DNA of 51,896 bases, filler included, from Jimgerdemannia flammicorona (Eukaryota), in NCBI GenBank assembly GCA_003990765.1. It is 2 parts of 2 records of this genome, joined end to end, with 100 filler letters (N's around TTAATTAATTAA, not from the genome) between each part and the next. Parts side by side here need not be neighbours in the genome. Positions count along the whole stretch, not along the records: positions 1 to 25,903 come from RBNJ01000778.1; 1 more part is not named here. One strand, written 5' to 3'. Below the pieces are notes generated by a model. That model was not told the DNA's origin and did not search any database. It worked only from the letters and a program-made list of their open reading frames with translations. Below are positions 11,347 through 21,800 of the stretch, piece after piece. The stretch's first letter is position 1. Each line of letters begins with the position of its first letter. A program made the translations under genes and the position numbers.

Positions 11347-12492
11347 GCTGTACCGCCTGCCCTCGGGGCCTCCATCCTCGTCGATGAGCTCATGGATGAG
11401 GTATTTCCTCCTCCCCCTCCCCCTGCCTTCACCCCCGCCACTGTCTCCTACGAGACCTACGTCTCATCTACCATCCTTTCCCTCCCCCTGGACCTTCGTC
11501 CTTCTGGTCGTCCGCTCCTCTCTCAGTTCTGGTCAGTTCTTGCCCTCTCCGCCAAGGAGGCTCGTCTCCGCCGTGACATCGACGTCATCGCTCTGCCCGC
11601 CATCCGCTACTCCGTTCTCCCCGAGGTCCGCCGCTAAGCCCTCTCCGAAGAGGTCCGTGCCGCCACTGCCACTGCCAAGCTTGCTGCCACTGATGCTGCC
11701 GCTGCTTCTGCCGCCACTGCTTCCGCCTCCTTCCAACGTGCCTGTGCTGCTTTCGTGGCCTTCGCCTCCTCTCGTCTTTTGGATGCTGCCCCCTTCTGCG
11801 GCTTCGCAATCCAAGACGTTCCTTCTGTCGCCGCCAACATCGACACTGTACGTCGCTTCCTCCTCGCCGGCACCTCTTTCGTTGCTCATCTTCATGAGCA
11901 GGAGTCATCTTGTGCTGCCGCCGCTGCTCGCACCACCACCACCGCTCCTCTCCCTGCCTCCCCCGAGGTTTCGGTCTCTGAGACCATCCGCGCCGAAGCT
12001 CGTGCTACTGCTCGTGCTGAGGTTCGCTCCTTCGCCGCTGCTGCCACCAAGGCCCCCTCCAAGACCCCCGCCAAGGCCCCCGCTAAGCCCAACCAGGCTT
12101 CGTCAGCCTCTTCCTGGTCCCCCTCCCCCACCAAGGCTTCCTCCTCCATTCTCCCTGCCCCCAAGCATGGCCGCCAACTTGGTTCTCGCCCCGTCAGGGC
12201 CTGGCCCTGTGCTGTCTGCTCCGGTCGCCTCCACCATGCCTACTGGCACCCGGCCAAGTCCGTCTGTCCTCATGGTGGTGTTCCTCACGCTGCTGCCCCT
12301 TCGGCTGCTCGCTCGCCTTCGGCCTCCTCCGCCAGTTCCTCCTCCGCCTCCTCTCTCCATGCCCCTGAATGTAAGGACTGCACGAAAGCCTGTGGCCGCA
12401 AGGTCTGGCACTCTGACGGGGTGTGCTCCCATTCGTCGGGTTCGCCATCTTCAAAAAAAGTCAGAGGGAAGGGGAAGACCTCCCGCTCTTAA
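11275..12492 (+). pseudogene. PLE ORF1 (~405 codons, Ala/Pro/Ser-rich, two C-terminal CxxC...WH-x4/5-C motifs) with one premature TAA at 11635
   Basis: ORFs 11275-11637 and 11755-12492 share a frame. Motifs CAVCSGRLHHAYWHPAKSVCPH and CKDCTKACGRKVWHSDGVCSH; basic tail KKVRGKGK. Confidence 0.7.
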
Positions 12493-14507
12493 ACTTCCCC
12501 CTGGCCTGGTTCTCCCCCGGTGTCCCCGTCCCTTCTCGGATTCCGTCATCGCTTCTGGTACGCCCTGAGTGGTTCCTTATGTTGTCCCCCCTTCACCTTT
12601 CCCAGTTACTTGTCCCGAATTTTCGGGTTTACTCTTCTCTTGGAACACTTTTGTCTCCTCCTTTTTCTTCGGCTGACTGCCCCCTTTCTCCCCTTCAAGT
12701 CTTTGCCTTATCCTTGGGTCTTCGCTTTGTTTTTCCTGCGACTCCCTCACAATTCTCCTTCACTGATCCGGCTCGTCTAATATGTTTTCGTCGTGCTCTT
12801 AACCTTGCCATTTTCTTTCAAGATCGTGGTGAGATGCCCTCTCGCTATTTTGTTCCCAGCGATTGGGTCCCCCCTCCCAATGTCTCTTCACACTGCGTAT
12901 TCCTTGACATGGCTTGCTTACTGTCCGTTCCTGGACAAGCTCGCTCTTGCTTGGTTTCAGACTGTGCCATGCGTACCGCACTTAAATCAGTCAAGCAATT
13001 GCCTATGCACTTGCTCACAGTCACTGATAAGAATCAGGGTTTTGCACTTATTCCTAAGTCGCTCTACCTTGATGGCCTTTCTGCCCTCCTTCAAGCCACG
13101 GCTTACGAGCCTAGTGCTCTTGGATTGGATGAGGTTCTCACTCTTCTCCGGGTTTCTCTGGCTCATGCTAGATCGCTTTTGGATTCCCCATTTGCGAACC
13201 CCATTTTTAACTTCTTCCAGAACTCTTTGTCCTCCCCAGATATTTCTCTTCCAGTTTTCTATGCTCTTCCTAAAGTTCACAAGCCTATTTTGGCTTGGCA
13301 CCCTATTACAGCTGCTTACAGTTCTCCTACTACTGAGATTTCGAAGTGGTTATCCTGCTTCTTTCTCTCCTGGATAGCTCTCTTACAACACCGTCTTAGA
13401 TCTGAGTATACTATTCTTCGCAATACTCAGGAGCTCGCCCTTCTCTGCTCCACCATTGTGCCTGTTCATCATTTTTCCCATTTGGCCTCTAGTGACTTCT
13501 CTTCCTTCTATACTACTATTCGTTTTGATGAGATTGATGATTGCCTTCGCTTCCTGGGTTCCTTGGTTTTTCCTTTGGATTCTCCAGTTTCGCTGGCTTC
13601 CATTGTTGAGCTTACGCTCCTCGTCTGCGGCTCTAATTATTTTGAGTCGGCCCTTGGCTCCTTTCACCAGACTTCTGGTATTGCCATGGGTACGAATTGT
13701 GCCCCCACCCTTACCAACCTCATTGGCCTGGCCCACGAATTGCGTATGTTACGTGATATTGCTTCACCTCTTTCCATTGCATTCCGGGCTGGGGATATCT
13801 TCTTTTGCTGATACATTGATGACTTTATTGTCTTCACTATTGCTGGTGTTGATATCTCTAGTGTGTTCCTGGGCGTCTACCCTCTCCACCATTCCATTAC
13901 CTGGGTGTGTGGTACGACTAGTATTCCCTTTTTGGACCTTTCTATTTCTCTTTCTCCTTTCCGAACTGTTGTTTATTCTTGTTTTCCCCGCTCCCAACAG
14001 TTCCCTGACTTCTTGTTCAATCATCCTTGTCACACTCTTCTTGAATGTGTTCGAGGTGAGGCTCGTCGTCTTGCATTATGCTGCTCCCGTCGTTCTGATT
14101 GGGTGTCTGCTGTTCGGGTTCTCAGCAACTTCGTGATCCATCGTCGTGCCTACCCTATTTCTATCGTTCGTGATCTGCTTGCTTCTGTTGAATGGTCTGT
14201 TGTTCGATCTACCCTTCTCTCTTCTCTTTACCCCCCCTCCCTTCCCTCTCTCCCCCCTTACCCTCTCTGTACCCCCTCTTCTTTCCCACCCCTGATTCTT
14301 GTCGTACTATTCGATTGTGCTTGCTGGGTTGCTCAACGCCCTGATACCATCCTGCGCTCTTCTCTTTCACGCCATGGACTTTCATCTCTTTCCCGACGCC
14401 CTCTGATTGCTCGTTCGCGTCTTCCTTCCATTTCTTCTTCAATCCATCGCTCTCGTTTTGCGTTTTCGTCACCTTCTGGTGCCTCTGGTTCTGCCGGAGA
14501 GGATTAA
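12423..14507 (+). pseudogene. PLE reverse transcriptase with premature TGA at 13809-13811 just before YIDD
   Basis: LSLGLRF...FRRALNL, TDKNQG, FYALPKVHK, PITAAYSSPT, DFSSFYTTI, NYF...QTSGIAMGTNCAPTLTNL, FFC*YIDD, SIPFLDL. ORFs 12423-13811 and 13863-14507 share a frame. Confidence 0.92.
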
Positions 14508-15004
14508 AAAACATCCTTGCCCCCTCCGGGGTCTCATGCTCGCTCCGGGGTCTCAGCCTTACTCCGCTCCCCTCTGCTGCCTTCGGCCCCTCACTTCGCT
14601 CAGGCTCACTGCAGCTCACTCCGTTTCGGCCTCACCCCTCACTCGCGCTCACCCCTCCGGGGTCTGCGGATGTTTTTTAATCTCGATTTGGATTTGTTTT
14701 ATTTGTATTTGTTTGTGATTTTTATCCTGCAACTGGGATTGGCTCCCCCTTTATCTCCACCTATCTCCGGTGGTCATGTGATTCCTAATTCGGTTTGCCC
14801 TGAGTTGTGGCGTATCCTCCCTTTTGGGACGTCATATTTTGTATATAAGGACTGCGTTTTTACGTGGTAATAAATGGCTGATATATTTTCGGTTATGTTC
14901 TTTGTTCGTCCCCCTTATACACGCTCTTCCACATGTCTTCCGTTCGTTTTGACACTGGCTCTGGGTTCGCTCCCTTGGCTCCTGCTGGGTCTTCTTCCTC
15001 CTCT
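14502..15004 (+). repeat. 3' pseudo-LTR of the PLE
   Basis: Direct repeat of 10553-11055. Begins with gattaaaaaacatcc, which holds the RT stop codon, and ends about 70 nt into a copy of the ORF1 start. Confidence 0.93.
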
Positions 15005-16943
15005 ACCAATATAGATACATTCTAATAGATATCTCAAAAGACTCATAACTAATAAAGGAGATAAGAAACTTTACTATAGAGTTATCATCTATCTGAGATA
15101 GTGAAAGATACTCTAATATCTAAAAGAATAAATATAAATAATTATTAACAGAATCTAAAAACAATTCAAAACTAATAGAGAAATACTAAAGAAAGAAAAA
15201 CTACTAATTATACTGAAATATAAGAAGAAATAAGTAATGAAGTCAGTATATAAATTTAGTTATCTAGGAGGAATAAATACTTATAATAAAGTAAGAAGAA
15301 TAATATAGTAATCTGAAATAGAGAAAGATATTAAATAATTTGTCAAGATCTATAATAAATGTCAGAAACAGAAATAAGATTAATGAAATCAGATATTAGG
15401 ATCAGTAGATATAGAACTAGTACTATTTGCCTATATCACAATAGATATAATTGACCTACTACTCTTGATATTGAATAGTAACTGATATATCATTATTATT
15501 ATAGATTTCTTTATAAAATAGATAGAAGCAGGATCTTTCAAAAAATCAATATATAGTCAATTGTCAAGATACTAAAGCAACTAACAATAGACAGAGGAAT
15601 AGAATTTATAAACTAGTTTTTTAAGATTCTATACAAAAAGTATAAGATTAGTATATTTGAACTATAGCTTATAATTTACAAAAAAATAGATAGATAGAAA
15701 GAACTAACAAAACTCTTAAAAATATTATTACCAAGATCTATAATAATTATAAAAATTGGAACCACTATCTGTTAATAGTATTATTTATTCTCTAAGATAT
15801 ATAATTATAAAACACTCATTTTACTCTATAGAAATTACTGTTTAGAGAAAAAAGTTCTAAAAAAATCCTATTGTTTAGTAGAGATATATAGTATAGAAAT
15901 ATATAAATACTAAGATATAAAGATTGTACCAAATAAGAAAAAAGGCTGAATATTATATAATTAAGATATAAACATTATAATAGAATAATATAGAGAAGAT
16001 CTAAAAGCTCTTGGGAATTATTAAGATAGAAGATAAAGTTCTAGTATATATCAGAATATAGTAAAAACTTCATAGTTATAAAAACTGGAGCCTAAGTAAG
16101 AAGGACCTTATCTTATACAAAATATAAAAAAAAAACTATCTTTTGATTATAAAAACTATTAGTTATAATCATTCTTATAACTATTTACTAAAACTGACTC
16201 AAGAAATACTATGGCTAATCAATGAAATATTACTTTGGTTCTTAAAATTACAAATACTATTCAGTGAGCTATAGAAAGATAATGGTATTTTACTGAGCTA
16301 CTAACTATAGAAGAATCCTTTAATAGTATTTAAAGTATTATATAGACCCACTTATTATATATTTTACACTTTAGAGCCTACCAGAATTATACCAAGTTTC
16401 AAGAGTATTTTAAGTTAGAATAATTACCAAATGAGAAAAATAGTATGATTAAAGAAGAGTAGATCATTAAGTATCAGATATCTTACAGATTACTATCACT
16501 AAGTGAGTCTATAAATTATTTAAGAATAATGAGTAAGTTCTGATCTATTTCTGAGGAATAGCTCTAGGAGATTTCTAGTAAGTAAAGAGATATTATTAGA
16601 AGAATATAATTGAGCAGATTATATAATATAAGAATATACAATTGATCAAAATATAGAAGTTTGAATAAGATGATTTAGAGATGAAATTACTTATTTAGAA
16701 GGAAGTTATAATAGTTAATTTGAATTAAGAAGTATAATTAGAGGATAAATATTTGATTATAGTATCTGAATCTAATTTCTGATATAATATAGTATTATAG
16801 TTTAGTAGTTACTCAATCTCTTAGTTATATAATTTATATAGTTATACAAAACTTACAATTATATAAATTATATAGATATACAGATTTCTCAACTATATGA
16901 AATAATTCATTGAAAAAGAAATTCTAACTTAGTTACTATATAT
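15005..16943 (+). mobile_element. Heavily decayed Gypsy (Ty3/Metaviridae) 3' half: RNase H end, integrase, downstream region
   Basis: Colinear with 22790-24030: YLGGINTYNK, DKC-like HHCC end, ITIDIIDLL, IERTNKTLKNI, EGPY (~16100). Very AT-rich with many stops. Confidence 0.8.
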
Positions 16944-18705
16944 TGTAATGGTGACCCCAGAATGATGATATTAGCACAGAAGATAGTCTTTCCTTGCAAG
17001 CCATCAGATCAGAGCATAAGAAGATCATATGGTATATGAGATAAGCAATAATGACCAACTGTGAGTCATTGTGACTACAGTACAAGCATCCTGAAGAATA
17101 TAAAAGAAGGATCAAGGAACTGCAGTAGTAGTAACCAATAAGAACCACTAATTCCAAAATAGCTCAAAGACTTACCATAAACAAAATGCCTGCTGCCTGC
17201 CAAACCTCAAGATCAAGGAATTACCAAGGTATCTTAGTTGAGGAAAGGATGTTCCAAGACATCAGAAGAGCCATGGGGACCTGCTCAAGAAGGACTCCTA
17301 GTGTCCACCTGGGTATTACAGACCCTTATCACTTCATTCTCTACTACCGTAAAATGGAAACAAGGATCACCATTGCTACTGAATGCCTCCAAATGTGGCA
17401 GAAGTACGAAATAAGAAATCTCCTCTGCTGGGAGTTCCCACAGACCAGTACCCAAGAGCTACAAGATGCCACTCCCATAGATATATGTGAAACAAGGACA
17501 GCTAAGAAGATCCATCAGATCTTCAGATATGCACTATGGCCAATCTCCAACTTGGAGTATGTCAGAGTCTCAGACTTCAGAGACCTATCATCCTGCCATA
17601 TCAATGCACTAGAAGCCAGGGTGGCTACAGAAGCCCAGTCCACTATCACCCTCAACAGTGAAGAAGTAGAAGACTTCTAGCATCCTATCCTTCAGGACAA
17701 CCCAGACCAATTCCTGCAAGGATTGATCTCAGTATTCCAAGGCCCAAGCATCCAGGTTAGACCTCCCCAAGACCCCACATTTGTTCCCTATTTTGTGGAA
17801 GAGAATCTCATAGACTGGAGAGCTCCAGATCTCCTTGTTCCCAATTTCCCTGCCACAGCCAAACATGATGACATCATCGGCGATAACATCATCCTGTATG
17901 ACATCAAAGTATGCGAAATGCATGACCTGCATGACAAATTCGCAGATCTCATCTCCTTCAGTAATGATGATGATGATGAAGCCCCCATGATCCTGAACTT
18001 TCTGCTCTAAGTTCTTTGTTATACTAGATAATACCAGCACTGGTATTCTCATGTAACACTGGATAATGCCAGCACTGGTGTTCTGAGGTGATGTGAAATT
18101 GTTCCAGTACTGGTATTTTGATGTAATACTAAATAATGCCAGCATCCTGAACCTGTACAACCATCAGTACCAGCCCTGGAACTTAGTAGTTTTAGTTATT
18201 AGAATTTATATTTAGCTTTATATCTTAGCAACCATTGAATTATATTTTGTATAAATACCCCTCTTATTTCCTTTGAAATAAAGTCAGTCAAGTTCACTTA
18301 CACACACTTCCTTATAAGCAATCTAAGAGATAATAAGATAGTTTAAAGATAAGAAGTTTGAGGACTATAAGACCTTGGAAAGGCACTTCAATAAGAACTT
18401 ACTTATAACAAACTTATAGTTAGTCTAAGAGATATATCTTGAAGAGAATCTGATATATTTGAAGGACTCAATGTCCACTATATGATAATGTATATAATAT
18501 AGTTCCTCTCAGTGCAATATACACACTTCCTTGCAAGCAATCTAAAAGATAACAAGACAGTTTAAAGATAAGAAGTTTGAGGACTATAAGACCTTAGGAA
18601 GGCACTCCAATAAGAACTTGCTTATAACAAACTTGAGTTAGTCTAAGAGATACACCTTAAAGAGAATCTGGCATATTTGAAGAACTCAGTGACCACTACA
18701 TGACA
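16944..18705 (+). repeat. 5' LTR of family A (~1.76 kb, TG...CA)
   Basis: Starts tgtaatggtgacccc and ends catgaca. Matches 24405-25525 and, in reverse, 50455-51896. TATAAATA at 18250, AATAAA at 18277. Confidence 0.88.
17186..18010 (+). pseudogene. LTR-internal ORF of unknown function (~274 codons), one TAG at 17678
   Basis: ORFs 17186-17680 and 17723-18010 are in frame; the stop is TGG in the copy at 25139-25141. Confidence 0.7.
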
Positions 18706-18708
18706 ACT

Positions 18709-18726
18709 TGGTGCCCATTGGCTGGT
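18709..18726 (+). promoter_or_regulatory. Primer binding site (tggtgcccattggctggt)
   Basis: TGG-starting motif 3 nt after the LTR-terminal CA; cognate tRNA not assigned. Confidence 0.7.
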
Positions 18727-18825
18727 GATTCAAGATGAATCTCTCACTTTCAAGCTGAAAAACAAACAACTCCCATAATAATTACCCTGACTACAAGAGT
18801 TACCTCTGTAAGAATTCAAGACAAG

Positions 18826-21800
18826 ATGGAAATATATCCTCCCACATTCTATGGATATACGACTGAAGAGTTAATCCTGACCTTCATTGAAGACTGAACA
18901 ATTCACCACTATACAAGCCCTTGGTGTGGATGCACAATTGGCCCTTCTACCAGTCAGCCTCAGAGGACCTGCCAGAGACAAGTTCAATGCAGCTACTATT
19001 GCTGATGCTGGTGCAGCCAAACTTACTAACATGAAGGTCTTCCTCAGAACAACATATTATACTGAAGAGATCAAGCAAGCTCTTAAGGATCAACTCAATA
19101 CTATGTATCTGCCAGAGACTTAGTGAAGATCCCAACTCATTCTATACTCAAATTTGCTACCAGATTGTCTTGGCTGGCTATGATGACCACCTCAAGAAAT
19201 AAATAGCAGATTCAACCTTTCTCAAAGGAGTTTACCCTGAAAATGCCCTAGCAATCTGATCTACCTCAGCTGTACTGACCCTTGATCAGAAAGTGGTCTT
19301 TGCACAGAGATATTGGACTGCTAGATATTCTGCCGAACACTCAATGAAGAAAATAACTGACATCAAGATGGAGCTATCAAAGCCAACTAGTATCTTATCT
19401 ACTACAGTCATAAACAGACAACCAACCCCACCTACCCCCAAGATAGCCAAAGCTGATCCAGTGGAAGAACTCGCCAAGCAGTTTGCTGAGATGATTGCAC
19501 ATCTTGGTAATGTTGTTAGAGAAGTCCGAAGCATCAACAGGAGACCAGTGCAGAGATTTGCAGCTGCTACAGAAGAACACAATATCACATACTTCAGATG
19601 TAGAGAAGAAGGCCACTATGCAAAGAGTTGCATGACTGAAACAAGATGCAAAGCCCAACCAAGCAATGCTAGCAGAACCAGAGAACAAATCAATGCAGTA
19701 GTCATCAAGGAGATTGGTGACACTGATGACGAAGAATACTATGAGGAGCTCGAATTCTACCCTGCTACTGAAGGTACCAGAACCTGGTCTAAGCCCTATG
19801 ATAAGAAGAGCAACAGCAAGCCAGTTGGAAGACCAAAGAAGACCCCAGCTGTCACTATTCAAAGCAAGATCCAACCCAAGGAGATTGATCAAGACATGGA
19901 GTTAGATGAAGCTGCCTGCCAAATTATTGAAGGCATTACTCTAGTCTCAGGAGAAAGTGAAAGCAAGAAGGAATAAAAGCTGCGCAAGACCAAGATCCAC
20001 CAGTATGACATCTACAAGGACCTCAAGGAACAGAAGGTCAATGCTACCTTTGGACAGCTAGCTGAAGTCCCTGTCTTCAGATAGCAGTTGAGAGTAGGAC
20101 TTGCAACTACCACCAAGAATCAAGAGTACAAGATTGTAGAAGCTCACAATGCACAGGAAGAATCTGAGAACTCAGGTGAAGAATCTGAAGACCAGCACAA
20201 GACATCAGTCTATACCCCATGTCAGATCGAAGACTGTATCTTTGATACAATCATTGATACTGGTGCTGGAGGATACCTCATGAGCAAGAAGGCAATTGAC
20301 TGCCTAGGTTGGGATATTGAAGAGTCTACCAAGATGATCTATATCACAGCAGATGGTACACGAGCTACCCCTCTTGGCAAAATCTGAGAAGTCTCTATCA
20401 AGATAGGAGGAGCTATCATCCCAGTAGATGTGATTGTTACAAGTGCCACCAACTATGACATCCTCATTAGCAACCAATGGCTTTACAAGGCCAAGGCCAT
20501 TATTGACCTCAATGCCCAGAAGATGCAGATCAACTACAGAGGAAGAAAGGTATAAGTCTCTATCAATGTCCACAAAGAAGTCCTACAAGACATGGAGGAA
20601 GGAGATGAAGAGGATATAGAGGTCTTTATGCACTCAGTGAATAAGAACAAGAGCAAGACACCCAAGCTCACAGATGAGCAGTGGTACAACAAGATCATTG
20701 ATAGGTATGCCCCTCAAGGAAGATGCCCCCATGGTACTAGAATGTACTGCTCTGAACACCTGAATGACTGCTGGTCCTATATCAGTGAAGTCAGGAAAAT
20801 CCATCAACAGAAACATGAGCAAGAAGCTGCCAAAGCAAAAAGGAAAGCTGAAGAAGATGACTAGCCCCCAGAGCTTCAAGCTGACAGTGACGATGAGGAG
20901 GAACAAGAATCAGACATCACCCTCAAAGTCAAGAAGTTTCACCCTGAAGCCAAGATCCCAGAATATAAGACTGAAGGAGCCATAGGAATAGACCTTGCCA
21001 GCATTCAAGATGCTACCCTCAAACCACAGACCACTACCCTACTTGGTACTGGAATTGGAGTCAAGCTACCAGAAACCATGCCGGAATTATTAAGACCAGG
21101 AGCAGTCTGGCCAAAAGTGAAATCTCAGTTGAAGGAGAAGTAATTGACTCTGAATATACTGGCAAGATCTTTCTCATAGTCAGAAATCACAACCACACCA
21201 CCCCCTTCGAAGTCAAGAAGTATGACAGGATTGGCCAGATGCTGATCTATGAAATCAAAAAGCCCAAGATCATAGAAGCCATCAAACTCATCAAGACTAA
21301 GAGAGGAGAACAAGGCTTTGGATCTACTGGAAGAGAAGCCTATACCACCACCAAGATTACCGAACTTGAGCACAAGAAAGATAAGGACCAGAATAAGCAC
21401 ACATATACTATTGAAGAAAACTTTCCCCTAGAGAAATAACTTCTCAAGATCCTGCACTAGAATGAAGAAGTACTTGCTACAGACTTTAGGGATATCCATA
21501 ATCAAGAACTCAAGTACTACCACAAAGTTAACACTGGTGATACCAAGTCCATCTACCAGAAAGCCAGACCCATACCACCTGCCTAAGAGAGTGGCTATGA
21601 GCCGAACTCAAGGAAATGAAAGAAGCTGGAATCATCAAGCAAGCTATCAGCCTCTGGGCCTCACCTATTGTCCTAGTCCCGAAGAAAGGAAGCAAGCCTG
21701 GAGAGTTTGTATCAAGACTCTGCATTGACTATAGAAAACTCAATGCCATCACCAAGAAGAATAGGTAGCTCTTGCCAAATATTCAAAAAATCCTTACCAC

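Larger units (their letters stand above)
10231..15004 (+). mobile_element. Penelope-like retroelement (PLE), endonuclease-deficient, with ORF1 + RT, inverted 5' pseudo-LTR and partial tandem repeats
   Basis: RT has PLE-type motifs. Both ends carry the same repeat in inverted orientation (agaggaggaagaagg... at 10231; ...cttcttcctcctct at 15004). No GIY-YIG motif after RT and no TSD. Confidence 0.88.

Noticed and set aside
11216..12568. 450-aa Pro/Leu-rich ORF overlapping PLE ORF1
   Set aside because: Likely a shadow frame of C/T-rich codons; the 11275 frame has the coherent composition and Cys/His motifs.
13809..13811. TGA before YIDD as possible readthrough or selenocysteine
   Set aside because: The position is normally Arg (RYIDD); CGA>TGA fits the local deamination pattern, and I have no SECIS evidence.
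10231..15004. DIRS/Ngaro or TIR DNA transposon interpretation of the inverted and split repeats
   Set aside because: RT motifs are Penelope-type; no tyrosine recombinase, RNase H or DDE transposase is visible.
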